From positions 248,001-312,000 of the forward strand of contig NW_026867476.1 of the NCBI RefSeq assembly GCF_020745735.1: DNA of 64,000 nucleotides, in the 5' to 3' direction. The notes under the pieces are model-generated. The model did not search any database. It was not told where the DNA came from and was given only the letters and a program-made list of their open reading frames with translations. Positions 1 to 11,924 of this stretch are shown piece after piece. Positions within the stretch are counted from its first letter, which is position 1; the number at the start of each line of letters is the position of its first letter. Origin of the DNA: Hemiscyllium ocellatum (lineage: Eukaryota). Position numbers and translations under genes: made by a program.

Positions 1-380
1 GCTCCACTCGTGAAAAAGAACATAGTTGATCAACCTCGCTTCTGGACAAATCCCAAACCACTTCCGTCTTTTAACGCACACTAGTCTATCAATGTAAGTT
101 CCAAATATACACAAAACTATGGAAAAAAAAGAAAATTCTGATGACCGAATGAAGCCAAAACGACCATTGACTTCAATTCTGGTCTTTGGCAGACTCAATC
201 TGGGACATTGATAGGTAATAGTTAATGTTGTGGCATCAGGACGCTCTTCAGTGATCATGAACCACTCACACAACAATTCTATCACAGGAATCCACTGGAG
301 TATCTGTGTGTGACCCGCTGTTACAAGCTCCCCTGAAAATGCGGTAGGTGTCAGCCAGAAGCCAATTGTATCAGCCATTC

Positions 381-673
381 GTTCCAAGCACATAACAAAT
401 CACGGTATCAGATTGCAGCAGCTACAAGATGGGCAATTGGTACTACTTCTCTGACTGCAAGAGAGCATCAATAGACCGAGCTTCAATGAAACCTGCGTTG
501 AATTCAGTAGCAAGGCTTTTCTTCATCCAAACTGTGAACTCAGGCTGTTTGCCCAGTTACTGACAGCACCAGTTGAAAGAGTACATATCATCGATGCAGG
601 TTAAGTTGACAGTAACATCGCCTGAGTCGGTTTGTGTGATCGAGGGATACCGCTGAGTGACAGAAATTCCATC
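381..673 (-). pseudogene. TCR-type V segment pseudogene (inverted orientation)
   Basis: Minus-strand translation DGISVTQRYPSITQTDSGDVTVNLTCIDDMYSFNWCCQ*LGKQPEFTVW...EK*YQLPIL*LLQSDTVICYVLG keeps V-set landmarks (SVTQ, VNLTC, W..Q..GKQPE, L.I..LQ.SDT) with three in-frame stops; no convincing RSS found. Confidence 0.6.
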
Positions 674-1215
674 ATTCAGATATGGAACGCAAATACTGAG
701 AAATTGGAAACCAGCAATTAAATGTTCGAGTGAACCGAACTGAAGGAGTCATTCACAGTGTTACCAAAATAATAGATTGGATTTAGAAGGGAAAAACAAT
801 CTCATTCGGCCCTGATTTAAATTTAAATAGCAATTCCAGGTAGGACACTGTCTAGCTGAAATATATAAAATGCAAAACCTCATTGAAAATGTTGTTTCAA
901 CATAGGTATGGATCTGGATATTTTTGTCTCTCACCGTTTTCTCTTGTGTGAATTTTCCAAATGCAAACGAATTTCTGAATGCAAATAGCATATGCGTTCT
1001 TAACCTGCTGATTCAACCTAATGAGAGGCGCTTCAATCCAGAAAAACAGCAGCAACAGGTATGTGGGAAAACTGTCACGTTCAAGGCATCCTGCAGGCAT
1101 ACAGCACTGTGAGTTGGAAGTATATTTCTGTTTATTCTTTGTCGCTCCGTCTAAATTCTGGAACTCAATCCACATTGCCATCGCAATTGTACCGAGTGCC
1201 AAGGAGTTCAAGATT

Positions 1216-1491
1216 TTAAGAAGTGACTCATTATTTCTACCCTGAGGTAATGAGTCTTCGACAACAAATCCTATCCCAGTGAGCAACATTCATATTGAAG
1301 GATTCAGTTTAGTTTTTAAAAAAATGCAGTTCCAAATCAGAGATCTGGAAACGACCATGTGCAAGATCAGAGACAGAGCAAGGAAGTGAGAAAAAAAATG
1401 AAAGGCAATGATAACTGAGAGGCATGAGGCCGGATGTGAGTGTACCGCCGGTGTTTTCAGCCTCACTGAAAGTGACAATTGGTCAGACTTT
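1216..1491. repeat. ~275-bp dispersed repeat, copy 1 (copy 2 at 2332-2606)
   Basis: Direct alignment by eye, roughly 90% identical to 2332-2606; begins with inverted repeat GACTCATTA-14nt-TAATGAGTC. Confidence 0.9.
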
Positions 1492-2042
1492 ACTATGCAT
1501 TGTTTGCAAAGACTCAGAAATCACTCCTAATCAATTAACCAAATTGGCTCTCTGTTTTTTTTATGATGCTCTCTCTTGGTTTATTAATGTGCTTAATGGC
1601 CTCCAAGAGGGCGAGAGTATCCACACATTCTCTTCTTTTTATGATGCTCCCTCTTGGGGAATTGACGGGGTAAATGGTTCTCATTTTATGAGGGCATCTC
1701 CTCATCCTGTTAGCTTAACAGATCAAAATATCACTTTTAAACCAAAGCAATTGGAGATTGCATCTTTCTGTGCGTATTCACTGGTGACTGTTCAGAGTGA
1801 ATGTTGCGTTTTTATTCAAAAGTCGAATATAATTGACATTCTCACTCAACAAAATTGCAACAGAAAAAAATACTTATCTCCTATGACAAACTGTCCTAGG
1901 AAATTGGCAGAAACAGCCCAATGGTGGCACTGTGCCTTGCTTGGAGCTTGGCTACTAAACAGGCAATCCAGTGTTCAAATCCCAGAAGTGCCTCTGCCTG
2001 AGTTGCAAACACCTTCCGTTAAAATTCTTTCGAATCCAATGT

Positions 2043-3480
2043 AATTTATCCCACCAGCGATCTTAGGACTGATTGCAATTGTTATCCAAAAATGCTTGAA
2101 CTCTGAAAAAGTGCGAGAGAATTGAATGATGGTCAACAGGATACTTTAAAAAAACAGGCAGGAAAAAAATAATGAAAATTGCACGCCAATTGGACTAACA
2201 CGAATTGTTGGAAAGTTATTAGAATGAATTCTGAAAAACGTAAAGCATACATTTGGAATATTGCTTTCTAATATAACAAGTCACTTGATTTCATGAAATG
2301 GAAATCACATCTCATTAATTTCTAAGTGTGATTAAGAAGTGACTCATTATTTCTACCCTGAGGTAATGAGTCTTCGACAATAAATCCTATCCCAGTGAGT
2401 GACATTCATATTGAAGGATTCAGTTTTGTTAAAAAGTACTTGCAGTTCCAAATCAGAGATCTGGAAACGACAATGTGCAAGATCACAGACAGAGCAAAGA
2501 AGTGAGAAAAAAATGAAAGGCAATGATGACTGAGAGGCATGAGGCCGGATGTGAGTGTACCGCCGGTGGTTTAAGCCTTACTGAAAGTGACAATGGGTCA
2601 GACTTTGGATTGGATAGTGGAGAACCCGTAGATGTTTTCATTTTGACTTCCAAAATACGTTCGACAAGACACATCAAAAAAGATTAACTCATGCAATAAC
2701 AGCCCCCGGGGTGTTGGAGGTAACATATTGGCATGAACAAAGAATTCGATGAAGGGAAGAAACAGCAAGTGGGGAAAAGTCATTTTTCGTTCTGATGACC
2801 TGTGGTCAATGGGGTAACGCAGGTATCAGTGCTTGGACGACAAATATTTACATAATGTATTGTATTGGAGGAAGGAAGCGAATGCACTGCAGCCAAGTTT
2901 GCAGATGGCACCAAAACAGGTGGAAAGGAAATTGTCAGAAGGGCACAAACAGTTTCAGTTTTGGAAAGTAAAGAGGTAAAATGTGACATTGTTCATTTTG
3001 GAAAGAAGAACGAAACAGCATGCTATTATTTAATTGGATTAATAACTGTAGAAAGATACAACACAAAGACATTCTGGGACAGTAAGCTAGTTCACAGGGG
3101 CAGCAGGTAATCAGGAAGTCTGATGTTAAAAGAAAGGTATAATTTTGTTTGAGTCTGTTCAGCGAAAGTGCACTGGGGTGATCTCTGATCTGGAGAGATT
3201 TTCTTACGATCAAAGGTCAAACAAGTTTAGACCATACATCCTGGAGTTCCAAAAATGAAAAGTGATCATGTTGAAACTTGTAGGATTTTTAAGGTACATG
3301 AAAGGGTACGTGCTGAGAGGAAGTTAGCACTCATAGGAGAATGTCCAGACAAAAGGATCAATCACAGAATAATGGAGTGGTGCCTTGAGACAGAATGCAG
3401 AAGAATTTCTCCTCTCAGGGAATTGTATATCTTTGGAACGTTGCCAAAGGGAGCTGCGAGGGCAAAGTACCATTAACAAT
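2043..3480 (+). mobile_element. Degenerate CR1 LINE ORF2 (RT) fragment
   Basis: Broken CR1 RT motifs, e.g. EEGSECTAAKFADGTKTGG and KCDIVHFGKKN (ORF 2865-3110). Confidence 0.85.
2332..2606. repeat. ~275-bp dispersed repeat, copy 2, interrupting a CR1 RT fragment
   Basis: Near-identical to 1216-1491; CR1 RT-like sequence stops before it and resumes after it (DSGEPVDV-like). Confidence 0.9.
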
Positions 3481-4611
3481 AAGTCTTAAAATATTTTGAA
3501 GTACGCCTGTAAAATGATGGCAGTTGGATTTAAAATGTTTTCTTGATGGGTGATCGCTATGACAATATGTATTCCTTCGACATGAGACGGCTTCTTATTC
3601 ATTCGTGAGATGTGGGGTGTCTCTGGGAAAGAAGCATTTATTGCACTTTCATAATTGCTCTTGAACAGAGTGGCTTAGAAATTTACACAGTTGCAATTTC
3701 TACCACCAGACTAACTGGCTGCAGAGCATTACTCCGAGACTCTGGATTACTCTTACAGTAATACTTACCCCCGCACTTGCAATCTACATTGTATCATGTT
3801 GTTTGGTTAATGTTTCTTTCATTATTTATGTTTTCTGTATGAAAATGATAAAAGAAATTTTGCCTGATCTAAAAAAAACATGATTCTTGTTTAAATTTGT
3901 TTCAATTAAATGTAATTTTAAGATTATATCCGTTTGTGAAGTAAAAATGATGGACAGGCTGGTCGTCCCAGCTGCAACGCCAACCATTCCAAAAAACAAG
4001 ACGGTAGAAATGGCATTGATATCAAGAATGTTTTTCTGTGTTTAAACTTCCATCCAGATCAAACAACTTGTAACTATAACGAAACATATAGACTATTGAA
4101 CCATGATAAGTAATGTCTTCCACGTTTAGAGGTCACGTCACAGACTGGAGACATTGCCATCATTGTTTCCAATCCATGAGCTCGGAGAGCAGCTGAGAGT
4201 CAGCACACACATCGTCAAATTCAGTCTACAGTAACTCGGCCCGTAGCTTCTATTTCCTGTTCTATGCCTCTCTTCCTCTCCTTATCTCTGAACCAACTGC
4301 GTTCTTGAAGAGAATGCTACCACTTCGCCAACTTTTTTATTGATAGGATCAACCACGCAGCCAGTTCCGGATCTGACTTTCTGCTCTGATAGACAATTTC
4401 CTGTATTGCAGAAATACAGAGTCAGAAATCAAAATGGAGAAATGTCACACACAGTTCTTCATCATTGAATGCATTCTCAGGAAGTAGCTCCATCGCAGAA
4501 AAAAAATGATTGTTCCAATACGAATGTTAGTGTTGGTCGACGTGTTACTGACCATTATGTTGATCAATATAAGGCTGATGTTGATTGTGTCTTTTACTAT
4601 TTATATGTTAG

Positions 4612-4914
4612 AATGAACGAGCATGATACAGTGGAACATCCTTTTTCTGTAAAGACGCTTGGAGAGGCAAAGAATTTCACACTAACCTTCAATGTGACGA
4701 AGAGCAGCTCCATGTTTTTTGTGTACTGGTACAGTAAACGTCCTGAACAGCCTCTACAATACAGGTTTCAGCTTATTGGGAGTGATGTGCAAAAAGATAA
4801 CCGCATCACTGATTGATTCTCTTCTATGTTTAATAAGTTTGACAAGATCACCAAACTAAAAGTCAGCAACATTCTCATCTCTAACAACGCTGTGTATTTC
4901 TGTGCTATGGAGCC
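4612..4914 (+). pseudogene. TCR alpha/delta V pseudogene
   Basis: DTVEHPFSVKTLGEAKNFTLTFNVTKSSSMFFVYWYSKRPEQPLQY...NRITD*FSSMFNKFDKITKLKVSNILISNNAVYFCAMEP; first Cys replaced by Phe, one stop; hydrophobic leader-like MIVPIRMLVLVDVLLTIML just upstream (~4506-4562). Confidence 0.9.
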
Positions 4915-4953
4915 CACATTGTTGCAGAGCTGCAGCCAAAACGGTTTAAACAC
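4915..4953 (+). other. Degenerate 23-RSS of V pseudogene
   Basis: Heptamer CACATTG, 23-nt spacer, poor nonamer TTTAAACAC directly after YFCAMEP. Confidence 0.7.
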
Positions 4954-5520
4954 TCAACCAGAGAATTCCAAGTAGTGCTCACCAGGGGGCGTTCTCACCC
5001 CAAGAAACAAAAACAGCTAGGAGAGAACCATGAAACCTATTACTGATGATAAAACACAAAATGCTGAACATGATCAGAGAAGATTGTCTTGCAGTGGTTT
5101 TTTTTTATGTCTGCAAACATTATTCATGAGATCAGGTAACTCGATAAGTTGTTCTCTGACACTTGCTGGTTTTTGACTTCAAAAGTGAACGAAGTGAACT
5201 TTGCGAATACCATCCTTATTCTTCAACTGTAACGTAACCATTTCCTTCTCAGAGAATTAACATCACTTCACAGTAAGCAATTTCGTCTTAATGAAAATCT
5301 GTTCTCCTCTGACAGCTATAACCGAAAATCTTTGTCAGAAATACTCTTAAGCTTCTAGGATGCTGTTGCAGCATCACGGTTCCTGGTAAATGGATAGTAT
5401 TGTACCACACTCTTCATTGTGTCTTGTGGATGTTGGGCAGACTTTGGTAGTCAGATGGTGAGTTACTTGCAGTGTCATTCTTACCCGCTGACCGACCCTT
5501 ATAGCCTTTATGTTGAAACG

Positions 5521-5795
5521 GTTGACCTCAGCCTCACTGATCGAGATGATATTTACTTTCCCACGGTCAAAAGACAGCGTGTAGCAGCCTGTGGTCTGAT
5601 TGCCCTCGTATATCGAATCGACAAATGTCAGAGCCTTTGGCAGTATTTGTCGGCACTAAGCAATCATATCCTCAGTACCATTGGAGAGCTGACATGAAGT
5701 TCAACCCGTCCTCTTTCGAGGGACATCTGATCAGATTTTGAGCTCTATTCCCCACAGAAAAGTGCTATAACAAAAGAAACAACATTCAACCACAA
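5521..5795 (-). pseudogene. Possible V-set pseudogene remnant with adjacent leader-like sequence
   Basis: Minus strand LWLNVVSFVIALFCGE*SSKSDQMSLERGRVEL/SCQLSNGTEDMIA*CRQILPKALTFVDSIYEG...YTLSFDRGKVNIISISEAEVN; Cys and W-RQ positions are plausible, but the second Cys and RSS are absent. Confidence 0.35.
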
Positions 5796-6166
5796 TGATT
5801 TGCGGAATGGTAAAAGATGGTTTCTCATTGAAAAATAAAATTCACACAATATGAAGTACATTAGAGCTCCAAATGGGAATATGTGATTGCTGGACATTCT
5901 GCACATGGCCATGAAGATGCAAAAGACGCAAGTCAATTAGTCTGTTGTTTCCAACCCAGGAGTTGCTGGCAATAACAGGATCTCAGCGATGGCACTGAAG
6001 GAGCAAAGGGGAGGTTTTGACATTCTCCTCATATATAGCGAGAATGGTGAGCAACATTTTCAACAACCTGATTTTTTATAGGATGTAATCAACAGACATC
6101 ATTTAATGTCACGCTCATGGATTGGCTACCTGCTGAAATCAGGAGAGAAAGGAATGGCACGATCTC

Positions 6167-6169
6167 TGA

Positions 6170-6200
<31 letters not shown>

Positions 6201-6222
6201 CCCAACTCCCTCCCTCTCTGCC
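6167..6222. repeat. (CT)n microsatellite / pyrimidine tract
   Basis: Direct inspection. Confidence 0.85.
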
Positions 6223-6926
6223 CTTCTCTCTAATTGTGCACCAGTGGATGGAATACATCACAAAGATTTAATCTTTCTCAAATTGTCAAATTTGAGAACT
6301 TTAGATCCGATATTATTATACTTTTCACTGATTCGCTGTCTCAGAATTCATGATCCCTTTCGTTGATGCATCTTTAACTACGTGTCTTCTTCAGACATTC
6401 ATTCAGTGCTTCATAATTTTAATTACAGGGTGTAGTCGCTATGGTCCTTCATCATTATTGCTCCATTGGTGTTATACAAACAAGCAAAATTTATGGATTA
6501 ACTTTGAAATGGATGATAAATAAAAACTCAGCATGGTTTCTTCACGTTCTGCTGGTAGACTCTGGTTTATATTTGTTCAAGCTGTCAAACTCTGTGTTCA
6601 TTTCAACCATTATTTATCCTGTCTTTGTTGTAACGTATTTTACAGTAAAAAGGATGTCGATTTCAAGTGGAGCTTGGTTCACCAGTGTGACAGAGATCGA
6701 GACAAACAGGAAAAGAAAAAGGAATGTTGAGAACGACAAAGTAATAAACAGAGGAAGTTAATGTCAATAGCTCTCGTTAATTATCACGTAGCTGCCATCA
6801 GCGCTGACAGGGCAGCCAATCCTGCCTCGAAGGAATGTCCCATATTCTCAGTGAGCAAAGTCTGATGCTGATCTGCATTATACTTAATGTCGAATGAAAT
6901 TCGCATATTTTCTGTTTAATTCTAAA

Positions 6927-7650
6927 TGGTATGAAGACTAGGGTGTACTTCAAGAGAGTTAAAAGTAGAAGAACGACTGATCACGACATCACATGTTCTC
7001 AATAATGCAACAATGTATGCGACACTTGGTCGAAACATTTAATTAGCTCGTTACCTGGAAACCAAAACAAATTAGAATTCGGCCAATCCGTTTAAATTAT
7101 ACCCCGAAAGAAAACATTTTCCCATCAAGTTTGAATTGAGAATATTGACAGTCTTAAAACCATTGACACAGTCCGATACTCTGGGGGGGGGGGGGGGTAT
7201 AAGACCGGTGGGAAATTGAACAGTTAAGAGGAGAACTGCCAAGTCCTAGCATGTCATAGATTGAATGAAAAAAATTGTCTTAAACGTACCTCTATGATCA
7301 GTAACCTGCAACACAGAAATTTCTAACAAGGAAAAAATAATACACAGGAAGATCCGAAGACAGGAACCTACAGCTGACTAGCATTAGAGGAGAAGTGCTA
7401 TTTTGTAAATCCTGATTGGGAAAATTGTTGAGATAGTATTGTAAAAGGGAATGCAAAACATAGATTATAGCTAGAAATTGTAAATAGTGGTTAGTTACTT
7501 ATTGTCTGTTATACTTTATGAAATAAAGTTGTTAATTGTAACTTTAAATACTGCTTGGCCACTCGAATTCCTACGGATTACTGCGTGGGATAAATCTTTT
7601 CTGCCTTGCTGGTTTTAAATTAGCAGGAGACTTTACTCCATGACGTAACA
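6927..7650 (+). repeat. 5' LTR of Gypsy element
   Basis: Starts TGGTATGAAG, ends CGTAACA; colinear with 14393-15110. Confidence 0.9.
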
Positions 7651-7653
7651 GAT

Positions 7654-7666
7654 TGGCGACTCTGGT
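7654..7666 (+). other. Primer binding site, probably tRNA-Arg(TCT)
   Basis: TGGCGACTCTGGT lies 3 nt after the LTR; it is complementary to the 3' end of vertebrate tRNA-Arg(TCT) as recalled (...CCAGAGTCGCCA). Confidence 0.7.
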
Positions 7667-8632
7667 CGGTGATGTGAACTTGCTTAGACAGATTTGAATA
7701 GATTTGGGAGTAAGAAAACTCCCAACAGATTTAAGCAGTTGCAGGTTACTGGCCGAGATATTTTAATAAAACGCAGGGGGACAATATTTTTAAAAATTTC
7801 GGTGTCTTGTGATTAATTAAATTAAAAGTGAGAGAAATGGCTTTTAAAGTTGCTAACGATGTTACAGGAGTTGAAAATGATTCTCAGATTTGTCAAGAAA
7901 GTTTAGAATGAATGAAAAGTGCCATACTTTTAGAATTAGTAAAAACATTAGTTTTGATTTAACCAAGAACAAAAGTAAACCTGAAATTGTAAGAAATTGT
8001 AAGGGAATTAGTCAAACACCTCGGTATGTCGGAGAAACAGACAAATGCAGTAAAGGGAGGAAAAACCTTACATTACAATTGTGGAAAATTGAGTTAGAAG
8101 ATAAACATAAAGATTGAGAGGAAAGAGAGCCAGAGAAAAGAAGAGAAAGAGAAGAAGAGGAAAAAGACAGAGGCAGTTCTTGGCTGAGCAAAGACGCAGA
8201 TAGAGGGAAGGGAGACAAAAATAATAAGAGAGAGAGAAGAAAGGGCGAGAGAAAGAGAGAGAGGGGAGAGAGAGTATTTGTCCTTGAGAAGTTGTGAATT
8301 AGTTAGCAAAATCAAGTTAAGAGGATGGAGATTAAAACAGAAGTAAGTGACATATGCAAGTTTGTCAAAACTGCCACAATTTTATGAAAAATTGAAAAAT
8401 TGGCTAGGCAGGTGGTGTCGTCTGATGATTTATGGGTAATGCTATTTCATAGAAAATTGGCAAGCAGAACTAGTGAGGCACATGTTGCGTTGTCAGAAAA
8501 GGTGTCAAGTGATTATGAAAAGGTTAAACAGGCTGTTTTAAGTGCTTATCAATTGATGCCAGAAGCATATGGACAGTGGTTCAGAAACACACAGAAGGAA
8601 CCATGTCAGACTTATTTGAGTTCGAAAGAGTC

Positions 8633-11200
8633 ATTTGGCAGGAAAAGGATGATAGAGTAAATGAATGCATGGCTGAGGAGCTGGTGTATGGGAGAAGGAG
8701 TCACATTTTTGGATCATTGGAATCTCTTTTGGTGTGGAGGTGACCTGTTCAAGAAGGACGGATTGCACCTAAATTAGAAGGGGACGATTATACTGGCAGG
8801 GAAATTTGCCAGAACTGCTCAGTAGGTTTTCAACTGGTAGCGTGTGTGTGGAGGGAGGGGGGCATGGAATTGTGAAGAAAGAGATCAATCTGAGACTGGT
8901 ACAGTTGAGAACAGAAATGAGTCAAACAGTCAGGGCAAGCAGAGATAAGGTAGGACGAATAAATTAAACTGCATTTATTTCAATGCAAGAGGCATAACAG
9001 GGAAAGCAGATGAGCTAACGGCATGGTTAGGAACATGGGACTGGGATATCACAGCAATTACAACATGGCTCAGGGATGTGCAGGACTGGCAGCTTAATGT
9101 TCCAGGATACAAATGCGACAAGAAGGATAGCAAGGGAGGCAAGAGAGGACGGGGAGTGGCATTTTAATAAGCGATAGCATTACAGCTGTGCTGAGGGAGG
9201 ATATTCCCGGAAATACATCCAGGGAAGGTATTTGGGTGGAACTGAGAAATAAGAAAGGGATGAAAACCTTACTGGGATTGTATTATAGAACCCTTAATAG
9301 TCAGAGTGAAATTGAGAAGCAAACTTGTAAGGAGATCTCTGCTATCTGTAAGAACAATCGGATGGTTATGGTATGGGAATTTAACTTTCCAAACATCGAC
9401 TGGTACTGCCATACGGTTAAATGTTTAGATGGAGAGGAATTTCGTAAGAGCGTTCAAGACAATTTTCTGATTCATATGTGTATGTACCTACTACAGAAGT
9501 GCACAACTTGACCTACTCTTGGGAAATAAGGCATTGCAGTTGACTGAGGTGTCAGTGCGGGAGCAGTTCGGGGTCAGCGACCACAATTCTTTTTGTTTTA
9601 AAATCGTGTTGGAAAAGGATACATCAGATCTAAAAGTTGAAGTTCTAATATGGAGAAAGGACAATTTTGACGGCATTAGGCAAGAACATTCGAAAGCTCA
9701 TTGAAGGCAGATGTTCGCAGGTAAAGGGATGGCTGGAAAATGGGAAGCCTTCAGAAATGAGATAACAAGAATCCAGAGAAAGTATATTCCTGTTAGGATG
9801 AAAAGAAAGTCTGGTAGGTAGAGGGAATGCATGGTGACTAAAAAATTGAGGGGTTCGTGAAGAAAAAAGGAAGCATATATCAACGATAGACAGCATAGAT
9901 CGAGTGAATCCTTGGAAGAGTATGAAGGAAGTAGAAGTATACTGAAGAGGGAAATCAGGTGGGCAAAAAGGGGACATGTGATAGCTATGGCAAACAGAAT
10001 TAAGGAGCACCCAAAGGGCTTTTACAAAAATATTAAGTAAAAAAAGGAACAAGGAAGAAAATAGGGCCCCTCAAAGATCAGCAAGGCGGCCTTTGTGTGG
10101 AGCCACAGAACATGGGGAAGATACTAAATGATTTTTTTGCATCAGTGTTTACTGTGGTAAAGGATATGGAAGATATAGACGGTAGGGAAATAGATGATGA
10201 AAGCTTGCAAAATGTCTAGATTGCAGACGAGGAAGTGCTGGATGCCTTGAAAAGGGTATAGATGGATAAATCTCCAGGACCTGATCAGGTATACCCGAGG
10301 ACTCTGTGGGAAGCTAGAGAAGTGATTGCTGGGCATCTGGCTGAGATATTTGTATCATCGATAGTCACAGGTGAGGTGCCGAAAGACTCGAGGTTGACAA
10401 ACCTGGTGCCACTGTTTAAGAAGGGCGGTAAAGACAAGCCAGGGACTTTTGACAGATGAGCCTGACTTCAGTGGTGGGCAATTGTTGGAGGGAATCCTGC
10501 GGGACAGGATGTACATGTACTTGGAAAAGCAAGGACTGATTAGGGATAGTCAACATAGTCTTTTGCGTGGGAAATCATGTCTCAAAAACTTGATTGAGTG
10601 TATTGAAGAATTAACAACGAGGATTGATGATGGCAGATAAGTAGATTGAGCAATATGGACTTCAGTAAGGCGTTCGACAAGGTTCTCCAGGGGAGACTGA
10701 TTATCAAGGTTAGATCTCAAGGAATACAGGGAGAACTAGCCATTTGGATCAGAACCTGGCTAAAAGGTAGATGACAGAAGGTGGTGGTGAAGGGTTGTTT
10801 TTCAGACTGGAAGCCTGTGACCAGTGCAGTGCCACAAGGATCAGTGCTGGGTCCTCTACTTTTTGTCATTTACATATATGATTTGGATGCGAGCATAAGA
10901 GGTACAATTAGTAAGTTTGCAGATGACACCAAATTTGGAGATGTAGTGGACAGCGAAGAGTGTTACCTCAGATTGCAACAGGATCTGAACCAGATGGGGC
11001 AATGGGCTGAGAAGTGACAGGTGGAGTTTAATTCAGATAAGTGTGAGGTGCTGCATTTTTGGAAAGCAAATCTTAGCAGGACTTATACACTTATTGGTAA
11101 GTTCATAGGGAGCGTTGCGAAACAAAGAGACCTTGGAGTGGAGGTTCATAGCTCCTTGAAAATGGAGTCGCAGGTAGATAGGATAGTGAAGAAGGTGATA
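8633..11200 (+). mobile_element. CR1 LINE nested in Gypsy (end of ORF1 SGNH esterase, ORF2 endonuclease and RT; 3' end missing)
   Basis: NAWLRSWCMGEGVTFLDHWNLFW...KKDGLHLN (ORF1 esterase), APE-like YFNARGI, DKSPGPDQVYPR, VPQGSVLGPLLFVIYIYDLD, SKFADDTK; multiple stops. Confidence 0.92.
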
Positions 11201-11924
11201 ACCTTTTCCTCCATTACATCGATCACTGCAACGGCGCTGCCTCGTGCTCCCACAAGAAGGTTGAACAGGTCATCTACTTTACCAACTCCTTCCACCCCGA
11301 TCTCAAATTTACCTGGACCGTCTCAGACTCCTCCCTCCCCTTCCTCGACTTCTACATTTCTATCTCGGGCGACCGAGTCAACATGGACATTTGATATAAA
11401 CCAACTGACCCTTACAGCTACCTAGACTACAGCTCCTCCCACCCTGCCCCCTGTAAAAACGCCAACCCACTTTCCCAATTCCTTCGTCTCCGCCGCATCT
11501 GTTCCCAGGAAGACCAGTTCCAATACCGTAAAACCCAGATGGCCTCTTTCTTCAAAGACCGCAATTTCCTCCCAGATGTGACCGCCGATGCTCTCCATCG
11601 CATCTGCTCCACTTCCCGCTCCTCCGCCCTTGAGCCCCGCCCCTCCAATCGCCACCAGGACAGAACTCCACTGGTCCTCACCTACCACCCCAGCAACCTC
11701 CATATGCATCATATCATCCGTCGTCATTTCCGCCAGCTCCAAACGGACCCCATCACCAGGGATATAATTCCCTCCCTTCCCCTATCAGCATTCAAAAAAG
11801 ACCATTCCCTCCGCGACTCCCTCGTCAACCCAACCTCCACTCCAGGCACCTTCCCCTACAACTACAAGAAATGAAAAACCTGTGCCCACACATCACCCCC
11901 CTTACTTCCTTCAAAGGCCCCAAG
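11201..11924 (+). mobile_element. Penelope-like element fragment nested in the CR1/Gypsy
   Basis: ORF 11539-11874 (MASFFKDRNF...RTPLVLTYHP...SLRDSLV...K*KTCAHI) matches the Penelope RT C-terminal/linker region leading to GIY-YIG; abrupt shift to C-rich composition. Confidence 0.85.

Noticed and set aside
754-792. Isolated CACAGTG heptamers (754, ~23383, ~39363, ~58615, ~63250 and in SINEs)
   Set aside because: No nonamer at 12 or 23 nt and no adjacent V/D/J coding sequence.
1424-2044. 206-aa ORF with SECCVFI, reminiscent of a retroviral env TM CX6CC region
   Set aside because: Starts inside the 275-bp repeat; the immunosuppressive-domain motif and transmembrane anchor are absent.
4131-4142. 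CRE/ATF-like motifs (GGTCACGTCAC at 4131; GTACGTCAG at ~24776) upstream of V leaders
   Set aside because: Short motifs expected by chance; position is suggestive of V promoters but not supportable without conservation data.
6500-6600. KNSAWFLHVLLVDSGLYLF, resembling V FR3
   Set aside because: No terminal Cys, no upstream V framework in frame, no RSS.
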